Assembly (NCBI GenBank): GCA_038496445.1
Contig: JALMLS010000578.1
Coordinates: forward strand, 310,001 to 374,000
Source: Trichosphaerium sp. ATCC 40318
Taxonomy: Eukaryota; Protista; Tubulinea
DNA length: 64,000 nt
Direction: 5' to 3'
The notes under the pieces are model-generated. The model saw nothing but the letters and a program-made list of their open reading frames with translations, had not been told where the DNA came from and made no database searches. The position numbers were made by a program, and so were the translations under genes. Shown here piece by piece: positions 13,101-25,751 of the stretch; the first letter of the stretch is position 1, and each line of letters starts with the position of its first letter.

Positions 13101-14890
13101 TAAACTGGTTTTAACAAAAAAAAAGCAAAATGAATACAGCACCCTACGTTCCCTGGTCCTCACGGACCCAAGTACTGGCAGGGCCATACCATGCTTATCT
13201 TCGCGGTTCGGAAAGAGACACGGAGTTTTCATGGTTGTATGGCCGTATCCATTAGTAATAGAGATAATTTAGATAGTGATTAGGTCGAAAATTTCAGTTT
13301 TCCGGCAAACTTAGGTTCAGTCTCCTGTACCTTTTTTTGTATAATACTCCATGCAAACGAACAAATTTAGCCAAAAATTGTGTTGTTTGATCACTCAAAC
13401 GTTTCTTATTTGGTGTAGGCGGTTTCGTCAGCCTTTGCATATTCTTGTTGAATAAAACAGCGAGGTTGTCTCTTTAAACTTGTTAACAAAAAATATGGCA
13501 AGAGAAAACAAAAAAACTTACTTTGCAGTGAGAAATGGGTTTTTTACAGCCAAACTTCTATAGTAGCGATAAACAGCATCAAACTCGTTCTCTCGGTATG
13601 TAGCAAGTACAGCGAGTTGGTTATGAGGGTTACCATTCTCTGGTAAAAGTCGTAGAGCCTTCTTGTAGTAGGTGGCTTAAACAAAGCAATCAATATCATT
13701 AACATGTGCTTATATGAAAAAAAAATTAAATAAAAGTCGTACCTGCTGTTTCCCAATTTTTAGAGTTATTAGCACGCACAAGATCTTTATGATACCTCGC
13801 TAAATCACCCAAGAAAATCAAGCATCTATGGCAACTGAAATAGCGTCTCAGATCTGGACCTGTAAGCGAGTTAACAAATAGAATCTTGTTGTGTAAAAAA
13901 ATCACAAAAAGCAATTGTTCCAACGTTCTAGAAGCAACACTAATAAAGAAAAAGACTCCATTAAGTAGTTACCACCAAAGAGAAAACGCAACAGTTTAGA
14001 TTAAAAAACAAAAGCGGGAAACAAAGTACGTACGTGCTAATTTACCAAGCTTCATTGGTGCATCCAACTTTAGTTTAAATTTGACTTGAAACTTGTCAAT
14101 CAACGAATGGTAGAATCCAGATGCCATTGCAAGAAAATTACGAAACCCAGTACATCTCCTCTTTAATTCTTCTATACAGCCACTTTCAGTAAAGTTGAAA
14201 AGAAATAGCAAACAAACTCTCTTCGCATTGAACGAAAACAGTTATGAAAAAAAAAAAAAATCGGTATAGCGAGAGGTACAGCTGAGAGAACTCGTGAAGG
14301 CCATTTGCCCCTTTTTTGATGGTTTTGGAAATTGAAGAAATGACAAATTCCGAAATATCGCACCTCTAGCACGTGCATAGTTCTTGCCCTTAGAACGAAC
14401 ATCTCTAGTACACTACTAAGAGTTAATTTTATGGAAGAACAACACAAGGGTACAACAGAAATTTCATGAACACAAATGCGTTTTAAACGCTATAGAGCTC
14501 GTAAAATGTTCTAATACTCCTTCCTTGAGTTAATGTATTATCTTACCTTTCTGATTTGCTTACGGTATTCCTCGATTACCCTATAGAACACTGACTTCCA
14601 TAGATTTTGCTCAACGTCGTTTGAGGCTGCTAACTCGTAATCCAAGAACAAGATCTCTTTATAGTCTTCTTTTAACCTGGAAAATTCGTTGATACACGCC
14701 CCCACACTTTTTACGATAATTTAACGTACTCATCCCTGATCTTGTTAAGAGAACTATCAAGAGCATTTGTCTTTCTCAAAAGCGCTCTCAGTTGTTTCTC
14801 TGCCTGAAAAGTACGTCTAGGAGGTGTTAAAACCTTATTACACGTTTTGCAGTACTGTAATCGCCGTTTCGCTTCACTACTATCTGTCAT
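10178..14890 (-). CDS. SMG7: SMG7/EST1-family NMD/telomerase factor (Est1 TPR region, low-complexity C-terminus, no PIN domain seen)
   Basis: Spliced peptides VEQNLWKSVFYRVIEEYRKQIRK, FRNFLAMASGFYHSLI, SCHRCLIFLGDLARY, GNPHNQLAVLATY...AVYRYYRSLAV, FVRLHGVL. ATG at 14890, TAG at 10178-10180. Confidence 0.85.
11677..11759 (-). tRNA. tRNA-Ser(AGA), intronic, slightly atypical
   Basis: GGTGGTG TA GCC AGCTGGTTAA AGC AG CTTGA TTAGAGG TCAAG TGCCCTTGTGGCTC GCAGG TTCGAAT CCTGT CGCCATC G. It has a 7-bp acceptor stem, long variable arm, G73, a B-box and a downstream T-run. Confidence 0.8.
13132..13250 (-). rRNA. 5S rRNA gene, intronic
   Basis: 119 nt, GGATACGGCCATAC...CCGAAC...GAAGATAAGC...AGTACTTGGGTCCGTGAGGACCAGGGAA...GCTGTATTC. 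Helices I, II, IV and V pair. Followed by an ATTTTGCTTTTTTTTT terminator. Confidence 0.95.
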
Positions 14891-15235
14891 GATGTGAACA
14901 TAGTCGGTTACGATATTAATAATCAAGAATAAAAACAACGGTGCCTGTTGGTCAATACGAATTTTTTTAAAACCCGCCAAAATGTCACTATTCAACTCAC
15001 TACGCACAAGAAACACATCCACATTACTTAATTTCAGTTTGTAACAAAATTATGTCATTTTTTTTTGTCAACGTTCAGTTTTATCGTCTGCTAGCCTATT
15101 GAAAAACAAATATAATAGGTAGCGACGGTCGCTCTGTGAGTGAGACGAAGTTATTTTTGCTCCGCAAAATTTTCACTGTGGCGTCCTTCAATTTTCGTAT
15201 TCTGCGTTGCTTTTTCTTGTACTAAACCTCGCATC

Positions 15236-17750
15236 ATGCTTTGCACACGTACGATTAATGAATAACCCCTAAAGCTTATCAGACTAGTTTCCGCTCAGAT
15301 CTGCGAGGAACCAGTTGTCACTCGAAATGGCGATATTTACGAGCGCAGGTTGATTGAGAAACATATAGAAACCACTGGGACTGATCCAATTACAAAAGAA
15401 GGCCTCCGCAAGGACGACCTAATTGCGATCAAGGGTAATATAATCACGCATTAAACAACTGATATAAGCCAGGTGCTAGTGCAAAGCCTCAACCGCGATC
15501 TACACAAACGACTAGCCTACCAGGCTTGCTATCAAAATTACAGGCTGAATGGGACGCTACCATGCTCGAAATGTTTGGTTTAAAACAACAATTGGAAGCA
15601 ACCCGCCAAGAACTCGCTCATACGTTATACCAACACGAAGCAGCATGCCGTGTTATTGCTAGAGTTGTCGAAGAGCGAGACGCTGCCAGAAAGTACGTAA
15701 TACACTATTATTGCTTTGGGTGTTACAAAAACACGCAAGTTGGCTTTGTCTATCCCTACACTACTTGTCAGCGTAAAACTTCCCTTTAGAACCGAAAAAA
15801 CACTGAAATTATTTTTTAATTTATTTCGCTCCATCACCGTTATAAATAGCGTACAGAGTAACAAAACCTTGTTTAATTTTCATCTGGCACATTGTTGGCG
15901 GCGTTCTATGTCTCTGGGAAAATATTTTGCCGTAGCAATCTAGATTGCCGAATAATCCGAAGAAAAGAAGCTCTAACTGTTACCTGTTAGGGAACTTGTC
16001 AATGCTCAAGCAAATCGTTCAACTGGTGATGCTATGGAAGTTGATGAGGCTGCCAACGCATTTCCTGGCATTTCAGAAGATCTTAACAGAAGAATCGCAG
16101 AGAAAGCAAAAGAGTACGCACATCACGATGATGTTTTGATTTTTTTTCTTTCTCCCTCTACGCGCGTAGCTGGTTTAATTTTTTTTTTGTATTCGCGTGC
16201 GCACATTACGGCTTCTTGGATGGCGCTCTACGGATTTTAAACGTAGTTCTTCCTTCTGCAGGAGCCAATATCGTTGTTTTTTGTCACCATTAGATGGTGT
16301 GTCCTTATGCTTTCTGTTAGACTCACAAAGAGGCGTAAAGTGCAAACACCAGAAGGTCAAGTTTCTGCAGAGGACATTGCAAAATACAAACTTCTCAGTT
16401 CAAAGCCTACACACAAGGCCAGTTCTCCTGGTATTTTGTGCGTAGACGTACACCCAAACAAGCCACAATTGATTCTCACTGGTGGTGTCGATAAAACCAC
16501 AGGTAAATTAAACCCTCAACTCGCTCTATTAAAAAAAAAAAGTGTTTTCTTGTTTGTTGTTTTGTAGTTTTTTATTAATTGGGTTTTTTCTAGTCGTTTT
16601 CGACCGCGTGGCAGGTAAGAAATTGGCTACATTGAGTGGTCATACCAAACCAGTTACATCCGTCATGTTTCATCCAAACGTACGCTAAAGACAACCGTTA
16701 AATTGAATTTAGGTTATTGGTTTTTGGTCTTTTTTTTCTTTCAAAATAGTTTCTTATCTTTGTTTGTAGGAGGATATTATTGCTTCTACTTCTCTTGATG
16801 GTACTGTCAGATTGTACGAATCTAATCCTTCTGGCCGCAACCCTTACAAACTCAAGGTTCGTGAGAAAGGGTTCCAATGTTATTTAATAGTTTTTGGTTA
16901 CATGTTTGTCTTGGTTTCTAATGTTGACGTTTTAGTGTAAATTTGCTCTTCACAGTTCTGGTATTGTAAAGGGATGCTTGCATCCTCTCGGTGAGCACAT
17001 TATCACTGTCAGCCGTGATCAAAGCTGGGCTATACATGATATTATTGCAGAGAAAACACTTGTACACGCAAAACCAGCCATCAAAGGAGGTAACAGAAAA
17101 AAAAACCAACAAAAAAAAATCAGGCAACTAATTTTCTTTCTTGTAGCCTTTACAGCTTGTCGTATACATCCAGATGGTGTCATTGTCGGTACTGGTACAG
17201 AAGAGAACTTGATTAGAATTTACACTGTTGGCACTCAGAAAAATATTGCTACCCTTGAAGGTCATAATGCACCTGTTACTGATATTGCCTTCTCTGAAAA
17301 TGGATATTATATGGCTACTGCTGGTCAAGATAATGTCATTAAATTGTGGGATTTGAGAAGACAAAAGAACCTCAATATCCATACAATTAATCTTGATAGT
17401 TCTGTAAGTGCTCTTGATTATGATTGCACTGGAAAACACCTCGCTGCTGCTATTGGTTCTGAGATTAGGTTCGTTTAGTTTTTAGTTTGAAAATTGTTTT
17501 TTTTTTTTTTTTTTTTTTTGATGACCTTCCTGATTTGTAATCGTTTTTATTCATTTTGTGGATAAGTTTAAAAGCGACGTTGTACTCATTTTTTTCTTCT
17601 TTTAGAGTCTTTGCCGGAAAAACTCTTCAACATGTTGTTACATGGGATGAACATAGCGGAGATGTTACAGACGTTAAGTTTGGTTCTGATGGTAAATTTT
17701 TGGCATCTACTAGTATGGACAGAACAGTCAAATTTTGGGGTCAAAAGTAA
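15236..17750 (+). CDS. PRP19: Pre-mRNA processing factor 19 (U-box, coiled coil, WD40)
   Basis: U-box [22 protein letters not shown]...DPIT, then [19 protein letters not shown]...[20 protein letters not shown], then WD40 repeats including [11 protein letters not shown]. Confidence 0.95.
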
Positions 17751-18032
17751 TTCAAAAAAAACAAACCAATTGTATTGTCTTTATTAATGCAAATAAATAT
17801 GCAAAAAAAAAAAAACCCAAACTGTCAAACGGCGTTTATGTTCTCCATTCGCGATTATTCTTGCTTGTGATCTGAGTATTCTAGTTTCATGATTTTACTT
17901 TTTTTCGGGCTACGTGAGTACAAACAAGTACAAGCAAGGTCAAGTGACGTCAAAACAATCTTGTTCGGAAGAAAAAAAATACACAAACACTCTGTTCCCA
18001 ACTCTGATTGTAGTACCCACTATCCTATCTAA

Positions 18033-19553
18033 ATGGCTGAAAAACAACAACAGGCGACACAAACACGTACAATCAACAAAAAAACAGCTTTTGCTCTGGC
18101 ACCTTTTGCCGCAGGAGCGGGCGCTGGTATAGTTGAAGCGTTAGCGTTACAACCGTTGGATGTGTTAAAGACTAGATTTCAATTACAGGCAGCTGTAAAC
18201 AAATCAGACCCGCTTTACTACACAGGCATATTAGATGCATTTAAAAAGATATCTAGCGTTGAAGGGTACAAAAAAAGCCTCTCAACTTTATTCTCGACAC
18301 TTGAGTGCGCTTGCGTTGAGTCTATCTCGCGCTTGACGTAATATGTGTAAAACAAACTATCTTGAGCGTAAAAACTAAGTTTAACGCGTTTTGGTGCCTT
18401 TTTTATCTAATTTTCTTTTTTTCAGGCCTCTGGCTCTTTGGAAGGGTATCGTTCCACCTTTACTGGCTTTAATACCTCAGAAGGCAGTGAAATTTGGCGC
18501 CTACGACTTATTTTTTCAACTAATGGACACGGATGGTAAAAAATATGTTGGACGCGATTCTGCTGTTGCCATGCTTGCTGGTATTATGGCTGGCCCGTTT
18601 GAAGGTAACGACAGATAAAATGTTCTTTCGCTTATTGTTACGCCTAGCGCTTGTTTTATGTCCCTTCGAAGTCATTAAAATCAACCTACAGTCTCAAGGA
18701 AGGACACCACCGGGTCAACAAGCGCTCTATTCCGGCACATCGGATGCAGCTGCCAAAATTTTTAAAAGAAATCCATATACACTATACTCAGGCCTGGCAC
18801 CGTTAGTATTGCGGCAATGCAGCTTTAACGTTGGTTATTTCTTGAGTTACATGAACATCAAAGCTGGTTTAAAACAATTACCTGCAGTGGTACGTACATA
18901 TGTGGTAGAAATACAACAGCTTTTTATCCTCCTTTGATAAAGCGAGAAAATACAAATGTTTTCGTACATTTTCGGCAAAACTGGCCGGATGAACACTGTT
19001 TTGTTTAATTTTGAGTTTATAGGGCCAACCTGAGTGGACTACAACAATGGTCGCTGGTAATCTCAGATTAGTTTTTTTTTTGTTGTTTGTTAACGATGAT
19101 GGTAGGTTTTGGCGCTGGTTGTGTTGCTACTACGTTAGCTAATCCGTGGGATGTTGTGCGTCCGTCTGTTATGATTTTTTTTTTTCCCTTCGTCCAGTGA
19201 TTGTTTGACAGTGCACTGTACTCATATTTGATTAGGTTAAGACACGCTTACAACAGCAAAGCAATTTACCATTTTTTGATGGGTCTCGCTACCGATCAAC
19301 ATTCCAAACTGTTACACAAGTATTCAAGGATGAAGGGTACGCAAGAGCTCGGTAGATTTTTTTTTGTAGAGTAGCAAACGTATACGACTTTCGTGGAATA
19401 CTCCTCCTCTAGTAGTTGGTTAGTGCTTATACAGTCGTTAGGCTATCTGGTTTTTACAAGGGATATTTGTCTCGCGTATTGCGCCTTGGAACGGGCGGTG
19501 CTATAGTTTTTACTGCTTATGAAGCCTTCTTGGGCTTTGCGCGCACCACGTAG
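18033..19553 (+). CDS. Mitochondrial carrier (SLC25), most like the 2-oxodicarboxylate/citrate carrier group
   Basis: Three PxDxxK-type motifs (QPLDVLKTRFQ, CPFEVIKINLQ, NPWDVVKTRLQ) and C-terminal RVLRLGTGGAIVFTAYE. Substrate is inferred. Confidence 0.88.
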
Positions 19554-20271
19554 AGGAAGCGATAAATCAAAAAATAGAAGAAACACTCCCAAACACAAGT
19601 TTACCTTTTTGTACTTCACCCGAATGCTTCTTTTTTGGACTGTACAAGTTTTATAATCTCTTCATCCTTATTGGCGACATGACGCGTTTTTCTTGCGTGA
19701 AAGAATATTGTAGACATTTTTTTTTTGATATTTTGTATTGTACCACTACTTGTTTAAAAGTAAACGGCATCAAAGATTAGAAAGGGATAAAATCTCGTAT
19801 CATAATTACATTTCTCTTCTTCTTAGTTTTTTCTTAATGTAGACAATCTTGTACCCTTTTAGGGGACCATGGTCGGGTCTCCTTGATTTCTTCTTTCGCT
19901 TGCTACTATGATAATTATGTAGCGGAGAGATAAGTACAGCTTCAGACAGGAGTATTTTTTACAATTGTTTTACTGTTATGCGTACATGTTATTGGTTATA
20001 TTTGTCTCTTCGACGGTTTAATTACGGATATGTTTTAGTTGTTTAGGCAATCATATTCTCCATTGCAGACGTAGAAACTGTTGAGACTCAAAAGTAGCTA
20101 TAGCCGTCTTAACATAGTAGTTATAGAGTTTAGCGATAGCCTCTGCGTCGTGGATACTAACTGAGCATATATAACGATGTATTGTAGCTTTTGTTACTTC
20201 TGACATTTCCTTGCAACAAAACAAGGATTCAAAGGCTTTCAGCTTTTCTGCAAAGACTTTATTTGTTTAAA

Positions 20272-22225
20272 TTACAGAAGTACAGCTGATAGAGTAATCA
20301 AGAAAAAGGTATAGTTCATGAACTGGTAGGTGTCGCTTCCACTGCTAGGAGCTATTGTTGAAGGCGATACAGTGGTTGGAGGCGTGGTACTCATAGGTGT
20401 TTCGGTAGCTGGCGGGTCTGTGGTTGGTTCTTCAGCTGGCTGTTGACCAACAGGAGGCTCAGTGCTTGGTTCTTCTGAGGGAGCACCAGTTGTTGGAGGC
20501 TCGGTTGGAGGTGGACATGTGAAAATGTTAAGGGATTCGTCAACAATAATATAAGATGCTGTTGAGTTACAGCCAACGGGCATTCGTTCTGTCTGAGTTA
20601 CAATCTAGCAAAAAAACTTAATACAAAAGAGGCTATATCAAACAGACGTTGAAGACTTACAACTCCTACTCCACACGAAGAAGGTCCTTGAAGCCATGCT
20701 ATACGAGGCAATATAGGTTCAATAAACATGTTGAATGGCAGAGGGCTATCAACTATTGATGATGACGATATAGCGACCATGTGTGTTGTATCAGATCCAT
20801 TTGTGTATGTTGCAACGAACGAACTTTCCGCTGAATATGATACATCAAGTGAGAAGTCAAAAAATTTACGCTCAAAATCCGAGGTTATGTTCATTGCGTC
20901 AATGATTGTAACTGTTGCATTAACCTCACATGTGGTAGTAAAGAGCAATAATTTGAGTTGAGTTCTACTAGAAGACCGTATTTCTCCATACAGCAAGCCA
21001 AAACGTTCTGATATTGGATCGTAAGCTAGTTCCATGTTTGCTGATACGTCGTTGGTGGTATTTAGGACGATATGTTCAAAAACAAACTAAGCAGTGTTAG
21101 GGAATGTAAAGTATAATGTGAAATGTTTTTGAGTTTTATTGCTTTTCACTTACTGTTTCGTTGCCTTTTATTGATGTTATTTGTACAATACCTGTCTCAA
21201 AATATGATTTTTTGAAAGTACATACAATACATCCATCTTTTCCCACAGTTGCATCGCTACCAGAAAGTCGAGATTTTGTGACTTCGAAGAAAGAGTTAGT
21301 AACTATTCAAATGTCATCGGTTTTTTTTTATCACGCACAGACAACAGCGTTTGGTTCATTTATTGGAAATCTGACATCCCTTGACACCGCATCAACGTAT
21401 ATAGGAGAAGCAGTTCCAGTGTTTTTAAACTCATTCACGATGACATACATGTTGGAAGCTAGTATCATACAAATTAGTACTTATCCAAAAAAAAAAGTAC
21501 ACTGCCGCACTTTGATCGTAAAAAAACCCATAAGTGAACGGAAGCACTACGTGTGAGAACATAAACTCAACTGGTTCTGATAACTCAAATATCTAACAAA
21601 ATAAGTAAGCCTAAAAGTCTAAATTGTTGCATCTATCACGTGATCAAAGAAAGGACTTTAGGCACAAAAAAAAAAAACCAACTCACTCCTGATTCGTTTG
21701 CATTTACAAATCTCATCCAACATTCTAATGGATTCAAACCACGGTTCTGATAAGGCTCTTGGCAATAAACCAATGCAAATTCATTACGCCCGTAGATAAC
21801 ACCATACGGTTTTTCTACATCCGCGAAGCGGAATACGACCGTTTTGTTAGAACCTAAACCTAACACAAGTTAGCCATAATTTCAAAGTAGATTTTGGGGC
21901 ATACTCAACACTACCACAGATATACCACTCGGTTCATCAGAGTTAAAGCGTTTGTCGGTAATTTGAATCGAAGATACTACACAAATCGTTTGGCCTTGAC
22001 CTACGATATCTCCAGCTGCAACGAAAGGGGTGAAGATTGCCTCATTGTCTACTAGAGTTTCTTCAACACCAAGTTCTCGTAGGTCACCCCACTCGTTTGC
22101 ACTTAGAGCGTACGCTATTAATTAGAATGTTAACAAGGTGCAAGATGTATATTCCAATGAGGACGATGGATAGTCATACCAGTACATAAAATTGAAGTTG
22201 CTATTAAAATAAGTATTGCGTTCAT
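20272..22225 (-). CDS. Secreted, probably GPI-anchored surface protein with P/T/E-rich stalk
   Basis: Signal peptide MNAILILIATSILCTA, ORFs 21636.. and 20598.., PPTEPPTT stalk and a hydrophobic C-terminal tail. Internal exon joins are uncertain. Confidence 0.7.
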
Positions 22226-22599
22226 GTTGTATCTGTGGTTGATTTTAAGAAGAATCAAAAGCAACAGTATTGTGTTATGTGATTTTAATAACGGCATGAT
22301 TGTAAACTGTTAAAGGAATACGACACAATTAGCGAATTGTTGCCTAAAAAAAACACAAAAAAAGCCAATAAGTGCGCTTTTGTATCAACTCAGATTAGAG
22401 GTACTATGAGAACACGTGACTTTTGAAATTTTTTTTTGCTTGTAAATAGTTCAGTGAATTAATTTAACGCATTAATGGAAGTTTCTGACAAGAAGTTTCT
22501 AAGCTCAATCGTCTGTGAGAATTGTTTTAGAAAAGGTCACTTGTGCAGGTTAAATATTGTCAGAGCAAATACCAAATGATACCTCACCTGACGAACATG

Positions 22600-22940
22600 C
22601 AATTAAAAAAATGTCCACAAGAGTATAACTTACAAATGTCAATGGTATAACACCTGCAAGTGTTTTCATCTTCATCTGTTACAAATTCAGAACCACTAAG
22701 GTAAATGGCATGAACGCCAGCAAGGGCTGCCACCCCATCAGCTACATCGGTGAATGCTAAGTCAATAGTGTGTACACCAGACAACGCTTTTATGCCTTCA
22801 TCTGTTACTTGTGTTATCAAGGGGAATGGTATGAACCTGCAAGTGCTTTACACCTTCATCTGTTACATCGCCACAACCACTAAGGTAAATGGCATGAACT
22901 CCAGCAAGTGCCTTCACTCCTTCATCTGTTACTTCCAGAG
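22600..22940 (-). pseudogene. Second orphan fragment of the 21-aa 'GVH' LRR family
   Basis: VTDEGIKALSGVHTIDLAFTD VADGVAALAGVHAIYLSGSEF VTDE, with frameshifts on both sides. Confidence 0.8.
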
Positions 22941-23432
22941 CTACTTATCCGAAATTACTTCAATAACTATTAACTAATATTTATTCAAACCAGCAGCTTT
23001 GAAAAATTGTTTTTGTATCAAGGAAAGAAAGACTTCTTTATTCAGTATCTGTCGTGTACAATATGAGAAATGAAAATGGTTTAGGTTGTGAGTTAGATGA
23101 AGGTTGAGATGGAGACAACGTCTTTGTGTCTCTAACACAACACAAGTAAGTGGTATCTCTTGAACATACATTTGTGAGTAACGACAAACTAAAAAACTGG
23201 AGTATCATCGCTTTTTTATCGATACTCCAGGTCACCTCCTTTGACGAAGATCGCAAATGTTCAAATACGGATAATGTGCTTTTTATACGATATCTGAACT
23301 TGGTCTGTTGCGTTCAAACGCCTGTGTACGTCGTCAGTCACAAACATGATATGATCAACCTGGTACATCACGAAACAAAGGGCAACAAGACAATTTATTT
23401 CTTTTAGGTGGAAAACAAGGCAGCATTCTGTT

Positions 23433-25751
23433 TTACAACTTTTTCCAGTTAGCAATGCTTTTACATTTGGGACATTGTGAACCAATCTTAATACCAGGCA
23501 CAAGATGACATGTTCTACAAACAGTAATAGTACATCCTCTCTTACTACAAAAAGCGATTATTCAGTACACAAAGCAACCAACCAAAAACAAAGAAAAACC
23601 TTTCTGTAACACGTGTCGTACCATTTAACGTAATAAGCCTTTGTTATCTTTCCATTGCATCCTGGACATCCCCCAGAACTACTACTGCTCTTTCCACTTG
23701 AAGAGCTTCCAGAGGAGTATGTTGATTTATCTACGACTAGGTTGACTCTTTTTCCTAATAAATCTTCCATCACTTGTTTACTAAAGTCCATAAACTTTAG
23801 TCGTGTATCCAATTGTTTTGGATCAACCTAAAAGTACCAAAGCTTAGATCGCTAGAGTTGTAGAAAAACCCAAAAAACTGGCATACCTGCATGCAGAACT
23901 CTCCGTCTTTAAAAGCAAAGCTCCAGTTTCCTGGTCCATCAAACGGTACTATACGGAATACACGTTTTGAGCATCTTTTAATAAACTCATTGGCTGCTTT
24001 TGAGTCTAAAATCAAGTTACAAAAACACCTGGTACTCGAATCTTCAAGAAATGCGAATGTCACAATTTGTATTTACGTTAAAGTATCGATATGACGTTTT
24101 ATAAGCGTAGAGAAAGTTGCGGTTTTAACACGTGGTAAAAATTGTTGCTCTAAATGCAGAAATTATCCATTTTTGGGATTGAGCAAGCCATTGGGAAAAC
24201 AAGTACCTTTTTTGATTATGCCTAACTCAGTTGATACCCCATCGTGTCCCCAGTGATCTATATGCTTTCCAAGTGAAGTTAAAAACTCGTCCTTAAATCT
24301 TGGATGATCGATGAAAGCTGTCCATTCAGCTTCTACCTTCCATGAACCGCCAAAATTGTTTTCTAAAGGTTGTGTAGCCCACTTGATATTAGGAGTCCAA
24401 TGCTCTGAAAAACAAACAAGTCAGCAGCGCTATCACTTAATTTTAGAGCGTATAGTACCTTTTATTCCTGGGAGTGCTTTAGCGTGCTTTGGATCCATGG
24501 ATTGATCAACGGCAACATTCAATGTGATATACTTTTTCATTGCTGGAATATTGGGTCCGCGAGTCACAAAGCCTGGGTGCACTTTGATAAGAAATTCTCC
24601 ATTAGTAAACTCAAACGCATTTAAGACTTTCTCTTCGTTTAATGTAATACGGATAGTCTTAGTACTGACTCGTTTAGCAAAGTCAGCTTTTTCTAAAGGA
24701 GAGTCAGTGGTTTTATGAAAACACAAAAAAAAGTTCAAGTATTTTTGTAAGGTAATTGTTACATCACGTGGCAAAAAGCGAGTTTTTTTAATAGGATAGT
24801 TACGAGCTTAGTGAAATTAATGTTCCGTACCTTGTATTTGGCGAACTGCATACGTCAAATAATCAGTTGTCCACTTTTTTAGATAGAACCCACAGTTATC
24901 CATATTGCTTTTGCTAAACGTTGAGTGTCCAACAACTTCTTGCCAGTCGATTACAATCTTCCAACCACTACCACCAAAGGTGGTGCCCATAAGGGCCTCA
25001 CATTTTGGCAAATCTTTTCCGATGGAGCTATCAATTGAAGCCTTGGCTTTCTTTAGATGTTCAGGAACGCTTTCACCAGCGGACTTTGTGGTAACTGTTG
25101 GTTTGACAGAAGGTTTTTGAGGGCTTCTTGTTGTTTGAACCTGCTTTTGCTGAGTTTTAACAACGGGTGCTGAGACTTTTGATTTTGTCGTATTAGCTGA
25201 CGTAGGTGCTGACGTAGGAGAAGCTGAGCTGCTTGCAGCATTTTCTTGGATATATTTGCACATTGCGTTACGATCAGGTTCTCTGTTGAAGTATTTTGGA
25301 CTGACTTTTACGTGGAACTCTCCATCAACAAAATCGAAAGCACTTACTACCTCTTCATCATTGACAACAACACGGATTACCTTTTTAGTAACTCTTTTCT
25401 TGAATTCTTCCTTATCTAAAGAAGACAAAGCGTCAAGAGTTATTCGGTAGAATTAAAAAAAAAAACTCCGGGAAAAAAACCCACCACCCCTAACATTGCT
25501 TCTACAAGCGTACTCTTGATGATGGGTATACAATAACGACCAAGATTAATAGTCCATCTACTGATATAAAAACCAAAGCTTCCATTATCACTCTTGTTGT
25601 ACTTTGGATGTTGTACAATATCAGCCCAGTTGGCCTTTATCTTCCATCCGCTATCACCAAAAGTTTTAGAGACACTATCCTCTACTTTAGGCAGTTGTTT
25701 CGCAGTAGCTTTATCAAACTTCTCCTTGAATTGCTTCAATTCTTCTTCCAT
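23433..25751 (-). CDS. Hypothetical protein: three tandem ~110-aa domains plus a C-terminal C4C4 RING-like zinc finger
   Basis: Recurrent FGxSGWKI..W...H and EFxKRV.K.IR...F.DGEF blocks. Spliced tail CPGC..YYVKC|KRGCTITVCRTC...QCPKC..WKKL*. Confidence 0.7.
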
